From NCBI RefSeq assembly GCF_041956535.1, contig NW_027192191.1, positions 495,267 through 559,266 on the forward strand: a stretch of 64,000 nt of DNA, written 5' to 3'. Source of the stretch: Calcarisporiella thermophila CBS 279.70. Its lineage: Eukaryota; Fungi; Calcarisporiellomycota. The translations under genes were made by a program, and so were the position numbers. The notes under the pieces were generated by a model. That model was not told where the DNA came from and searched no databases. It was given only the letters and a program-made list of their open reading frames with translations. Shown here piece after piece: positions 1 to 11,958 of the stretch; position 1 is the first letter of the stretch, and each line of letters starts with the position of its first letter.

Positions 1-647
1 TATCGTTGACTATTAAGCATACCTCGAAGGAATAGTTTCTGTAAGCAGGCATGCAATTGATTGAGAAATAGGTTACCAAGGAGCCCTGCAAATCCTGTTC
101 AGTGGTAGTTTGATAAGAAACGGTGGCTGTTCCGTTGGAAATGGTCTCATCGGCGGCAAAAACTGCCGATTTTTGTGCTTGTGCATTTCCGATACTTCCG
201 AATGCAGAACCACCAGACATGCCGCCACTAGTCAAGCTAGTTTGTTGAGGTTGTCCAAATGCACTTTGAATTGGAGCAGAAGCATCTACTCAGTCCAGCA
301 AAATAATTACTATTATATGTGCACATCAAATAAACAAAGTTGAAACACCCACTTCCAAATCCACCCAGCGCGCTTGTAGTAGATCCTCCAAAAGCAGACT
401 GCGATTGACCAAATCCTGACTGACCAATACTAGGGGTCGTGTTGAAGCCTGCTATAATAAAGTGTAGTGTGAATTCCTCTCATCGGTTCCATTATGCCTA
501 TGATGTTATCGACTTACTGGATCCAAATGCGGGAGTCGCGCTCTGCCCAAAAACAGACGACTGTTGTGGTTGTTGTTGTTGTTGCTGTGGTTGGTTTTGT
601 TGGCCAAATGCGCCAAAACCGCTCGAGCCACCTCCTGACCCAAACAT
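1..647 (-). CDS. NUP98: FG-repeat nucleoporin Nup98/Nup98-Nup96 (Nup189-like), 5' part; multi-exon, runs off the window start
   Basis: ATG at 647 gives MFGSGGGSSGFGAFGQQNQPQQQQQ..., an FG-rich sequence. A later exon encodes NGTATVSYQTTTEQDLQGSLVTYFSINCMPAYRNYSFE, which matches the GLEBS (Gle2/Rae1-binding) motif. GT-AG introns separate the exons. Confidence 0.85.
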
Positions 648-1029
648 ATTACAATTTTTTTAAAAAAAGATCAGAAATGCTCAATGAAAGCTAAAGAGCT
701 TTTCCGGCAAGTTAGACACAATAACTTCAGCGCGTTTCAAACCTCCGGGAGGGGACCTCTTGAGGTCAAATAGTTAAAACAGGTCTTAATGTGGCTTATG
801 AAATTGCCGTCACGGATTTGAATCAGTTAGTGCAATCGCAGTAAACAACTATGGAGGTTCGTGTGTGTTCCCCGTGGAAATGTCAAAGAATCACGTATTA
901 TTAAATACCTTCCATAGATGTTTGTCACATACTCGGACATTTCCGTGTGGAAAAGGTCTGCAATTATCTCGATTGCATACAGGTTAGTCGACATCACACA
1001 CACAACATATATGTCCATTTCCTATCCCT

Positions 1030-2992
1030 TATGTTGACGCAAATTGGTCTCCATGCTTTCTAATCGCTTCGTCTTGTGTCTTTTTTTCTACAGTTAATGC
1101 GGCCAGATCGGCCTCTTCCAGTCATTCCACCACAAAACGCCATATCATATTGCACTCATATCCAACCGATCCGCTGAGTGTTTATAATCGAAAATTAGAT
1201 CATTTGTCCAGTAAATCTTTTCAAGCAAATGCGGTGTTTCGAATATGCGAACAAATCAAATCACAGGGCTTGAAGCCAGACTTAATTACTTATAATGCCT
1301 TGTTACGGGCCTACCAACAGCTGGGAGATACTTCCAAGGTCATGCAGACATTAGAAGAAATGAGACAAGTGGGCATTTCCCCGACAATAGGAACCTATAC
1401 TGCTTTATTGCAAGTAGGTATTAGGTTATGTTTGCCAGATAAAAAAGTTTCATATCTGGTCGGAGGGTCTGAAGCGATACTAAAGAGAAGTGGGCATTAC
1501 TTATTTCTCTATAATAGGCATGTGCCAAGGTGGGTGATCCCGTCCAACGCGAATGTATCATCCGTCTAATGAAAGACGCAGGATTTGAGCTGAACCAAGT
1601 GGCCTATGAGCACATCATTGATGGCATGTGCAACAACGAAGAACTTGAACATGCCCTCTCTACGCTCGCGAAGATGGAGTCGGAGGGGATCCAGCCCTCA
1701 TTGCAGACGTTTATAAGGTTGATACGGCAAGCTGTCGATTTCTGGGAGCCTGAGGTAGCCATGCGATTGCTACGGAAGGCAACCGAGACCTATGTGGAGG
1801 TGTATCCATCCCTTTACCTGGAGGTGTTAAGAGTGTGTGCATACGAACACGAGGTAAATTTTTGATGGATACTGGATAACTGGGCGGCGGAAATTTTTTT
1901 AGTTTCACTTTCCTGCCGGCGTATGCCCAATGCAGCTTTTCCACTCACCCCCTATCCTCTCTTCATTTCTTCTTTTAGGTGGAGGGTGTATTGTATTGCT
2001 GGCAAAAAGCGGTGCGAGTGCATAAAATCCGACCTGACCAAGGTCTTTGTCTCCTTGTGCTGAACTGTGCAGCACGCCTGAGTCATCCGCAGCTTGCCAA
2101 GGATGTGATCAAGCACCTTGGCGAGACGGGTGTTGCCTGCAGAGAGCATCATCTCGCACCTCTTCTGCAGGCGCTTGCGCAAAGCCGCGACTGGAAGAGC
2201 GCCATGAGTGTTCTAGAGGTGATGCGGAAGGCTGGCATCACGCCCTCCTTGACCACCGCGACCCCGCTTGTTAAATCTATCGGACGGGACAGCCACAGCC
2301 TTGACCAAGCCATTGAGGCGGCAGAGCAATTGTGTGGGGAGTCGAAGCACCTCGATATCACGGCCTTCAACTCGTTAATTCGGGCCTGTGCCAATGTGGG
2401 GACTCTCGATCGTGCGGTCGAATTGTGGGGAAAGGAGAAGAAGCTTGGCGTGACCCCCGATGTGGACACCTACAATGCACTACTCGATGCTTGTATCCAG
2501 GCGCGGGATCGCGTGGTTGGAGATAAAATCGTCGCAGAAATGCGCGAGCGCGGCGTGGCGCCCTCAGTCAAAACATACACTAAACTGGTCACCCTCGCGT
2601 GCACGCAAGTCGACTATGAGGATGCGTTCACATTCCTGGAAGAAATCAAATCTCATGGGGTGGTTCCCCCCGAGCACACCTATGTAACATTGATCAAGAA
2701 ATTGGCTAGGGCCAAAGACTCGCGGTGCTACGTGGCTCTTGAAGAGATGGAAGCTGTAGGGTACAAAGCTGGGAAAGGACTTCGAGAATTTGTTGAAACA
2801 GGTGGGCTCAATGTGCGGGAGCGGGCGCGACGCAGCGTCATGGAGGATTTGGAGGTTTCGAGAACGAGCCAAGAGGAGAAGGATAGAAGTCCAAAAAGTA
2901 CTCGAATACGTTCCAAACCTACATGGCGAAGCAGCGAACATGAAGAGACTCTCCCACCTCCCCCTCCCTCTAGTGCTAAACTGGAATTGTAA
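1030..2992 (+). CDS. Pentatricopeptide-repeat (PPR) protein, probably mitochondrial RNA-binding; multi-exon, start approximate
   Basis: Repeated 35-aa PPR motifs (PDLITYNALLRAY, PDVDTYNALLDAC, PSVKTYTKLVTLA) across ORFs 1150-1569, 1530-1865 and 1979-2992, joined by GT-AG introns. Confidence 0.88.
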
Positions 2993-3586
2993 AAAATATA
3001 TTTAATTGTTTCCCTTTTTAATTGATGGTGCACTCCATATGTGTCAAAGCATGCTCCTCCTCGTAATCAATGGTTTGAAAAAATCCCGGAGTTAAACGAC
3101 TTAAGTACTACCAGTTTTGGAGAGTCTCCGAAGTGTGGGAGGTCTTTATGAAACTTCCCTCTATAGTGGTGAAACCGGGAAAGTTCCGTCTCCTCGCGCT
3201 AATCCCATGTGCAATACGATGATCGCATCCATGGGAGGGGGATGCTGGGTGAATTCGGGAATGTTCTTGTCATAAGCAGCCAACCCATGCGCTAGATGGC
3301 TACTTAGGCAAGGCCTTTCGATCGGGAGCCTGCAAAATAAAAAATAGTGGAGCAAGGAATACAATAAAAATTGCCTAGACCAACTGGGTTTCACTTCTAA
3401 CCCAGGATTGTTTCGCTCAGGTACAGCGATAAATACAAACATTTATGTCGCCCTTGAGGCCGCTATTCTCTTATTTCTAACCTGAAACTAAATAGAATTT
3501 GTGCATTCTCTCTTTATCATCCGCACACGTCAGCTCCCTACCATCCTTTCTTTCGGTTGCTCCATTGGTTGAATTCGTCCCCCAAC

Positions 3587-4857
3587 ATGGACCGACAACC
3601 CCCCTTCCACCTATCGACCCAGAATGTTTGGCCGCCAATCCAAACTTCGCAAGCCTCGCAAAACGCTAATCCCTTTCCACCTCCATCCCAGCCATTATCC
3701 TCGACACCCGTGGGTACCGCAGGAAAACCCTGGTATTCCGTTCATCCAGCCCCTCAATGGCGCTCTTTACCTGACGATTCTAGTGTTAGATCCAACGTCC
3801 AAAGTATGTTCTTTTATTTTAATAGTCTGAAATTCATCAACCGTTATGTACTCACCTCCCAATTCCTCTCTGCCAATAGCAGTGCCAAGTGGACATGGGC
3901 CAGCTAATGCTCATGCTAACATGTCAGGCCACTCTCCACCAGCGATGCATTTCCCTTTGCAATCGCAATACGGCGTCGACCCTTCCCATTCTGCAAAACG
4001 CGCTGCTTCGCAAGCACGCCGAGCAGAACAAAATCGCGCTGCGCAGAGGGCATTTAGGCAAAGAAAAATCCAGTACGTGAAGGATCTCGAGGAAAAGGCC
4101 AAAGAGCTTGATGAGTTGAAGCGAGCATATGAAGAGATCGTAGAGGAGAACAAGCGATTGAGAGAGGAGTTGAGTCTTCAGAATAAGGAGCCTGCAAGAT
4201 CAGGGGGACTTAAAAGAAAGCTCACGAAGGCCGAGATTCCAGAAATCAAGGCCGAGAAACTTAACGGTAATTTGCTAAAGAATGAAATCTCGCTCCCCCA
4301 TCCGACTCATGACTCTGTTTATAGATAATCCAGCGACGCAAAAGAGAAATTCAGATAGTAGTGGCAACCATTCTTCCGATGCTTACTTGAACTCTTCATT
4401 GAACTTTCAATCGCTAGTCTCCTCTTCCATCCTTCACCCCCCGGACCTGTCTATATCTGAAGACACAAGTGATGAAGGCGATCCTACCCCACCCTCTCTC
4501 CCTTCATCCAACCCGATCCCCTTCGATTCCAAAAGTAGCCTTACCAAACAGCAGGAGGTGGATGCAACTGAAGGGAGAAATGGTGTGCATTTCTTCCCCG
4601 ATCAACGTTCCGTGAACGCGCAATGCCCTATTGCGGCTGCTTCTCTCACGCTAATGGACATTCTCGAGCCTGGGCGGGCACCAAATAGTGTAGAGAATGC
4701 GTCTAATGAGACAGCATTGATGGACAGTCTTGGAGAACCAGCTGCAGCCGATCGCGATGCCATGGAGAATTTGTGCGAATTGATGAATGCACGGCCCCAT
4801 CGGCCGAACTTTCCACCCGACTATACGATTGGGCTGTGGCATGTTTCAAAGTGCTAA
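3587..4857 (+). CDS. Yap/AP-1-family bZIP transcription factor (3 exons)
   Basis: Basic region RRAEQNRAAQRAFRQRK followed by a leucine zipper. Introns at about 3804-3879 and 4266-4324 keep the frame. The C-terminal MENLCELMNAR resembles part of the Yap1 C-terminal Cys-rich domain. Confidence 0.85.
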
Positions 4858-5887
4858 TCTGTTAATACATATTATACGCATATACACTCTGGTACTTTTT
4901 GTTTATTTAATTTATATATTTAATTATTTTTTTTTAATATTTATTTATTTCTCAGTGCTTGTTGTTTAGTGTTGGTTTATATTTCCTGACTTGCTGTTTT
5001 ATTTTTCCCTAACCTCCCCCAACCCCCTAATTCTCCCTCATGAACATAAGTTTACATTGATCTTCTCTATTTTATTGCATTAAATAAATACTGCATAGCT
5101 TTAGAGTTCCATTTGGAAGAAGGGAGGAGGCGCCCTAGGCTGGCCTTGGAACCCCACCACCACACATGGAGAAGCCGGCCAGGCCATCTCCCTGGGCGAG
5201 GAGAAAGCCTCCGCAAGCCCACGAGTGACGGCCGGAGCAGGGTCTCAAGCATGAGCAGCGCGTGGAACCTCTGGAACGGAGAGCTTATGCGTTTCAATAC
5301 CAGTCGGCAACAACCGCCTTGCCATTCCGGTTGAAGCAGTGGGAGTGGAGCCATGGTTGCGGTCTCCGGTCGATTGGAGTGGGCCGCTTTATTCTTAGCA
5401 CGGATGGCTGGATCTCGACAGTTCCTTGCAGCCTGCTCCCAAGCCGCGGCAGAGAATTGCGCGCCTAGTAGCATGATTAATATCGGCAGAGGGTCCGCCT
5501 TTGTTCTGTTTTCGTTGAATGGAGAGCAGAGATACCCTGGTGGGCGTGCATCGATTACTGCGGAGGGTCGATGAAAGGGGAAATGAAAAAAAAAGCACAG
5601 ATGGATGTGCCGAGCTTGTAACTCCGCATTCCAACAGAATGCATTTCGCGCGTCTCAGAAAAATTAAGAAACGCGTTCTTTTGAGTTCTAACTTGCTCAG
5701 GCCCATTCTCCTTTGCATTCATGCTGCTTGTAAAGCAATAAGTGGTGCCATGGCATTCTAATCTTTGCTCTCCATATTGCTGCCCAACTCTGGCTCACTC
5801 TTCATTACGCAATCCGCTCTCAACCAGCAAAACTCGCAGAATTTCGCCTCCAAACTCGTCGATTGCTAACTTGGTGCCGTTTGAGAA

Positions 5888-8800
5888 ATGCAAGGAAAAA
5901 CAGATAATCTCTTGGGCCAGCCTTCGGAAAAGGCCGGATGTTTTCAGAATCGTCGCGAGAGCGAGCAGACCGCTCGGCGTGCCATGCTTGAAGAATACAG
6001 GCAGAGGAAGAGAACAATCAGTAATTTCCACCCGCTAGAGTGAGTAGTCGTGCCGAAAATAATAATAGGATGATTATTTTACTAATTCCTCCCTCCAGAA
6101 AATCCTCCATGGCTCCAAACTTACAGCTAACAACCAGAACTTGTAATAGCACTCGCGTTTCTTTAACATCTTCAGGTATGATCCTAAGAACACTTAGCGA
6201 ATTAAGCACCCCGAGTTAAACTTGCCTCTTTTTTCCAATTTAGAACGCAGTCTGCCTTCGTATAGAAGCTCCATCACCATTCGCAGCCATCGCACTTCTA
6301 CCCGTCTCTCCATGGCCACTAAACCGATGCAGTCAGCCTCGTTAAGACAAAGCAAAGAGGCAATCAAACCATCCACAAGTGCAAGACCGCCTCCCGACCC
6401 ACGCCCCTGGCGCCACAACATGAAACGAACCCTCAAACAGAGCCCTAGGTCCAATGCTGCCCATTCCAGTTGCAACAACGAAAGTTCGTGTGTTAGTCTA
6501 AGCAAAAGCGGCCTCAAAAGAACCACGTCGAAACAGATTTCATCCCGAGTCTATCCCAAAGCACCATCCATGGCAGTGAATCTAAAAGCAGAGAGTGAGA
6601 GCGAGAGTGAATGGAAAGATGAAGGCCCTCTAACAGTGGCAGAGCTAGGAGTAGTGCGGAAGAAAAACAGAAGACCTTCGGGGATGCTACAAGGCGCGGC
6701 TTCCAGAGTAATAGTGTCATCCAGCTCAGCGATACTCAATAAGCCAGAAAATGAAGCCTTGGCGACAGCAATGAGCAACAGTTCATCTTCTTCAGATGAG
6801 CCAGGGGATCAACAGGTTCCCCGCCAAATAGTGTTCGTTTCTAACAAAGTGGAGGAAAGACGTAGAAGCTTTCGTCGCAAATCTAAAGTGATCATTCGAC
6901 GGATTTCAAACAATCGCCCTTCTCTCTCTCCGTCTAGAAGGGTGTGCACTGCCAGACACATGAACAGTTTTGATGAGCTGCAGCAAGTGGATGGGGAGGT
7001 GGAGGCATACCCATCCGAGCACAACATCCTGCAGACATCTCCGTTGAATCAGGAAAATGAATGCCAGGATAAGAGTTCAGAAAAAGCCTCTGATCGAGAA
7101 ACTGATGGCGAAATCTCTGAAAAGTGTGACGAGTTTTCTGTTCCCGATGGTACGGCTTCGACCCTGGTCAGTACACTTGGCCTCTCGCTTGGGCCAGAAA
7201 CAGGTACTCAACCTTCATCCACCAGCTATTCAGGGTCGGTTTACAAAAATGGAGTGATTGCAAATGCCTCTGAACTTTCATCCCAGCTCCAAGCTCTCAA
7301 AACCCCTTGTCGCCGTTTGAAGACCCCCGATCGTCGCCATGTGATTGAAATGCTAGAAAATTCACTCTTAGATCGTGTTGCTGCTGGCACAGCGAGGGAG
7401 GTGACTAAACCGATTCAAGCCAGCACAAGCTTCGATGGCACTCTAAATTCAGGCACGAACACGACAGTTGGCTTAGTGGACTATGACGAGAAAGATAAAA
7501 TGGCAGAGAAGAAAAATCCTCTGGTAACTCCTGCCCGCTCTGTTCAAGCCACCACTTTTGTCTCTCAATTCACGCAGACAACCCCGACGCTGCTATTACT
7601 GAACAAAAAGGAAGCTAAAGAAGATGTCCTTGATATATTTCCAGTCAGCGTATCACGAGATACTAATGGGTGAGTAGCATTTCTACATTCCTGTCGCCCA
7701 CTTAATCCCAATACTTATATGGATGGATAGTCTACCGCCTCTGAAGCTCCCCAGCTGCGATAAATACCTACAAGTAATTAATCCTAAGACCGGACTTGCG
7801 ATCCAGCGCGAACGTATCCCCACTCGACCTTTCGAACTTTTCTCGCTCCAAGATGCCATCCGTATCTCGCAGGTAAGCATTAGCCTTCGATATCATTCGT
7901 CTCTCCAGAACTCTCTAATCTCTACTATTCCATTAAATAGCTTGCCGATGAAGCGGTTGCTCGTGCTGTTTTCGAAATAGTGGGCGCACCACGGCCATCC
8001 GGCCTTGGCTGGCGCCGTTTATATGTGACAGATCGAGCGGAATACTGGATTGAGCGTGCAAACTTCGAAAGGCGTGTCGGTCGCTTGGAGGAGGCAGTTC
8101 GAATATATGAAAAGGCTTGGCAAAGAAAAGTGGTGGTAAGCATAGGAAGCTTCGAGATTATGGAAGAGTAAAATCGTATTGATACAATGGGTCATTGTAG
8201 CCCATAGAAAGTTTGAAAACGGCTTGGATGCAATTCGTGCAGGAGTGCGGATATCAAGGTGAGGTGAAAGTGTATTTGTCTCCTACAATTTTGTCTAATT
8301 TGAACTTCTCCTCATAGCCAACTCTGAGATGCTGAAAGAGCTAGAAGCATTAGAGATTTCAGACCTTCGGGATACTGCTTCCGTGACAAAAAACCCTCTC
8401 GGTGCTAACAAAATTGCACCCATCTATGGTGTTGGTCACAGTGAAGCATCTCGTATGGTTCCCAAGATGGACACTACGCAAGGGAAGAGTTTGCCGCAGG
8501 TCACGGTTAAGGCCCATAGCGAAGATCTAGGAATGGATGAGAGCGAAAAATCCACATTAGTGAGTTCAAATGAGGAGGACCAGTTGTGCCTTCCTGCAAC
8601 TCCTAAAATGATAGAGCAACTTAAACCAAATGAGATTGCTCTTTCGGGTCAGTTTACAACAGGAGAAATTATCCATACACCGCCCCCTTCAATCCTTCAA
8701 AATGAAGTCCAAAGGAATGAGGATGTTGACCTTCCACCACAGTTCCGGGAGCTTAACTCATTTAGATTGCGAAGACGGCTGACCGGCTCTGCACGCCGAG

Positions 8801-9675
8801 TCACATTTAGAAATGTTCCACTGCCCAATGATACTTTCTCAGAGGAGATGACAGAGGATCGAATGACTCAAGACCTGGGACAGAATCTTGTGTCCGAGGA
8901 TGAAAAAGAATCCGAGAAAGAGTCGACCCCTTCCATGGCACTACCATCGACTCTTGGCAGATTGCCGGATATCACGTTTGATGAAAGCCCCGTCACTCCT
9001 TTGAAAAAAGATAAAATCAACGAGACTTTCTATGGGATCCGACTGCCTGAGGATACATTCATGACAACCTATTCTACGTTTAGCCGCGTGATAGCCACTC
9101 CAGACGAAGACGAAGACGATGAGGATGAAAACGGAAATGATGACGAGCGCGATAACAAGGTTCCAGAAATAAGTCGCGAGACCCAGGAAATTATTGAGCG
9201 CATTGAACGGGATGAACGTCGCAAAAGACAGCTGGCTTCAGTGCGCGAGTTTGCGGAATTGATTCGTGAGCGATACGGGATTAAAAAGGAGTCTACCACG
9301 AATGAGAAGGAGGAGAATGAGGCCAAGGGCTCACGCATCAGGTATGCTGCCATCACTCCCTCGCGTCGTCTGCGCAACTTTCTTCAGACCGATGTCGTGA
9401 TGAGCCCGGTTAGACGGTCGGCCAGAATCGCGACCAAGGTGCAGCCCCTCGGCGACGCGGAAAATCGTGCACCTGTGGCCGCTGAGGAAGAGCTCTGTGG
9501 TGGTGAACTGCAGAGACGGGGACTCGATTCGATTGCACAAGTGTCGCAAGAGGAGTATGCGTTTGTTCCTAATCGCTGCTTGGAGGTTAGAATCGCATCG
9601 AAAAATACCACACCATCGAGGAAAAGGGGACCCGTCTCAACATCGACCCCACTAAAATCACGGAACGCTGGTTAA
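5888..9675 (+). CDS. CKAP2/CKAP2L-like basic, disordered microtubule-associated protein; multi-exon
   Basis: The spliced ORF starts at ATG 5888 and has N-terminal ARRAMLEEYRQRK. A central helical module reads AEYWIERANFERRVGRLEEAVRIYEKAWQRKVVPIESLK. The C-terminus has SRIRYAAITP...VMSPVRRSARI...YAFVPNRCL. These match the CKAP2_C motif order as I recall it. Confidence 0.6.
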
Positions 9676-10750
9676 TGCTTCCGTTTTACTTTGAGCATAA
9701 AAGCATGGGTCGCTTGGATGTGGGTGTAAGTTTATGATTTCAATTTCGTTTTTATATTCTGCTTGTATTTTTTCCATTAGAGTTTTATTAGTGTGAAGTT
9801 TTCTATGCTATTTCTCCTAAATTATTCATATATCCTATGTGCTATCTATGTTGCTGTGTGTTTATGTTTTTAGCTTTCGTGTTTATATAGTCTATCCACC
9901 ACTGGATTATTATTATTCCATTCCTATAACCATGTGCTGATATCCCATCCATAGCCCCTTGATAATGAAACGCCTGGCTACTTTCCCGAAAGTATTTTTT
10001 TTTACAGATTGAATATATCCCCTTGACTGAATTCCAAACTACTTATTCAAATGCAAATGGGATTCCTGGTATAAAGGGATCTGGCAGACTTGGTCGATGC
10101 AGAAGATGGGATTGGGGGCAAGACAACATAGGTGATTTTCCACGGTTTCTTCCCATGTTACCAAACCAAAATGACGTGTTGGTTTTTATGTTCGGTAGAG
10201 AATTTTTTGTTGAGCTATGACGGTGATCTCATGGGTCAGCGGTGCAGGAGATATCGGATGTCAATCGTTATTGTTTCTTTGCCCACAGTCTTTTTGAGCG
10301 ATTTCACGGTGCTCCTCGTTTACTGACTTCTGTTCCAACCCTATATCGATTAAAAATAGGTATTTTGAATAAAGTCGAAGTATTATTTATTGCTCTAAAT
10401 CGGGAAATAGAGTTGACACTCCATCGTGAAAACAAAAGAAACGAGCGCAAAGATACCCTCCTTTCCTCTCCCGCTTCCCTTGCACATTTACAAAATGAAC
10501 GGAGTGCCAATATAACGGTTTTACATATCATGTCCTCCTTTCCCTTTTATTTCCTACTCTGACGCAACTTCTTCTGATTAACTGAAAATCTGTCCAACCA
10601 TGGTGCCTATTTAGGAAAAACTTCGATTTTGTTTCTTCCTCGCCGTCAGGGTTTTGAACAAGGGTCGTGAATGGAAACTAATAAGTACCTCCTGTGATTC
10701 GCGTAGGGAACATCTTTCCATCTACACACTCTCTTTTTAACAAAAGCATC

Positions 10751-11293
10751 ATGAAGTATTACAGCTGTTTAGCCGTCTTTTTGATTTTCTCGCTGGCCGC
10801 CGCTAATCCAGCTCCACTTGAGAAACGCTGCAAGGTCCCTTCCGCTCCATCGGGTGCAGCCGGTTTTCCACCAGTTGGAGCCGGAGCACCGCCAGGTGGA
10901 GCCGCTTCTCCATCAGGTGCAGCTGGTTCTCCACCGGTTGGAGCCGGTGCACCGCCAGGTGGAGTCGCTTCTCCGCCGGTTGGAGCCGGAGCACCGCCAG
11001 GTGGAGCCGCTTCTCCATCAGGCGCAGCCGGCTCTCCACCATTCGGAGCCGGAACGCCGCCAGGTGGAGCCGCTTCTCCATCAGATGCAGTCGGTGCACC
11101 ACCAGTCGGAGCCGGGGCACCGCCAGTTGGAGCCGCTTCTCCATCAGTCGCAGCCGGTTCTCCACCAGGTGGAGCCGCTTCCCCATCAGGTGCCGCAGGC
11201 TCTCAACCAGCAATTACAGAGGAGAATCCTGTCACGGCTATGGTTTATCTCAATCAACAAGGTTCTGCTGTTTCTACCTCGGTCATGGAGTGA
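10751..11293 (+). CDS. Small secreted Pro/Gly/Ala/Ser-rich tandem-repeat protein with a Kex2 site
   Basis: Signal peptide MKYYSCLAVFLIFSLAAA, propeptide ending LEKR, then about 5-6 imperfect copies of PPVGAGAPPGGAASPSGAAGS. Confidence 0.8.
   Translation: MKYYSCLAVFLIFSLAAANPAPLEKRCKVPSAPSGAAGFPPVGAGAPPGGAASPSGAAGSPPVGAGAPPGGVASPPVGAGAPPGGAASPSGAAGSPPFGAGTPPGGAASPSDAVGAPPVGAGAPPVGAASPSVAAGSPPGGAASPSGAAGSQPAITEENPVTAMVYLNQQGSAVSTSVME
10845..11203 (+). repeat. Coding minisatellite, unit about 63 bp
   Basis: Recurring ccaccagttggagccggagcaccgccaggtggagccgcttctccatcaggtgcagc-type units, with one internally deleted copy. Confidence 0.85.
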
Positions 11294-11958
11294 TGGAGTG
11301 AATAGTGTCATTCTCAACTCGATTTTAAGGTATATAAGGAGATTATAATTAATATTATCATTAATCTAATATTTGTTATTTCTATATTCTTATTTTTTGC
11401 CAAAATTTGAAGCTTTTTATAATGATCATGAATGTTTTTGTTTAATATAATATGCTATAGAGTTGAACACTCATAAAGACGCTTTGGCAATCCTAAATTT
11501 ACTAAAAATAATTTAATTGATATCGCAACTGCCAAATATACTAGAACTCTTACATAAACCGACCCACAGCAGGAGGTGAATGGTGCGGATATTTACACTA
11601 TAGCTTTGAAAATAATAGGAGATTAAACAGGAATGGTTTTAGAGACGATATTTATATTACCCGCCTTTACAGTTTGCACGAAATGGTTGCATTATGATCA
11701 AACACTTTGCCTGAGATTCGGTATGGTTGTGGCGTTGCCACACTTTTATTTCTATAAGGAGGAGTTTTACTTTCCAGCGGATCTTGAAAGAACCTCCTTT
11801 CGAACTTTAATAAGTACTAAGAAAACGCTGGAAGTTGGCTCGAGTGTTAGATCGGCTGGATTCAATAACTGATCTCATAACACCATGCGAGATATAGGCT
11901 CTTATTTTCCGAGTCCAATTGGTAACCGCCTCTGGCTGGTACTATCGAATGCAATAAT

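Noticed and set aside
5000-5300. CCCTAACC as a telomerase template, and GAAAGCCTCC/GGAGAGCTTA as an RNase MRP P4 helix
   Set aside because: The template match is only 8 nt in a pyrimidine tract, and the putative P4 halves are too close together.
10803-11348. Repetitive alternative-frame ORFs (10803-11213 minus, 10818-11348 plus)
   Set aside because: Shadows of the coding minisatellite; only the frame with the signal peptide is credible.
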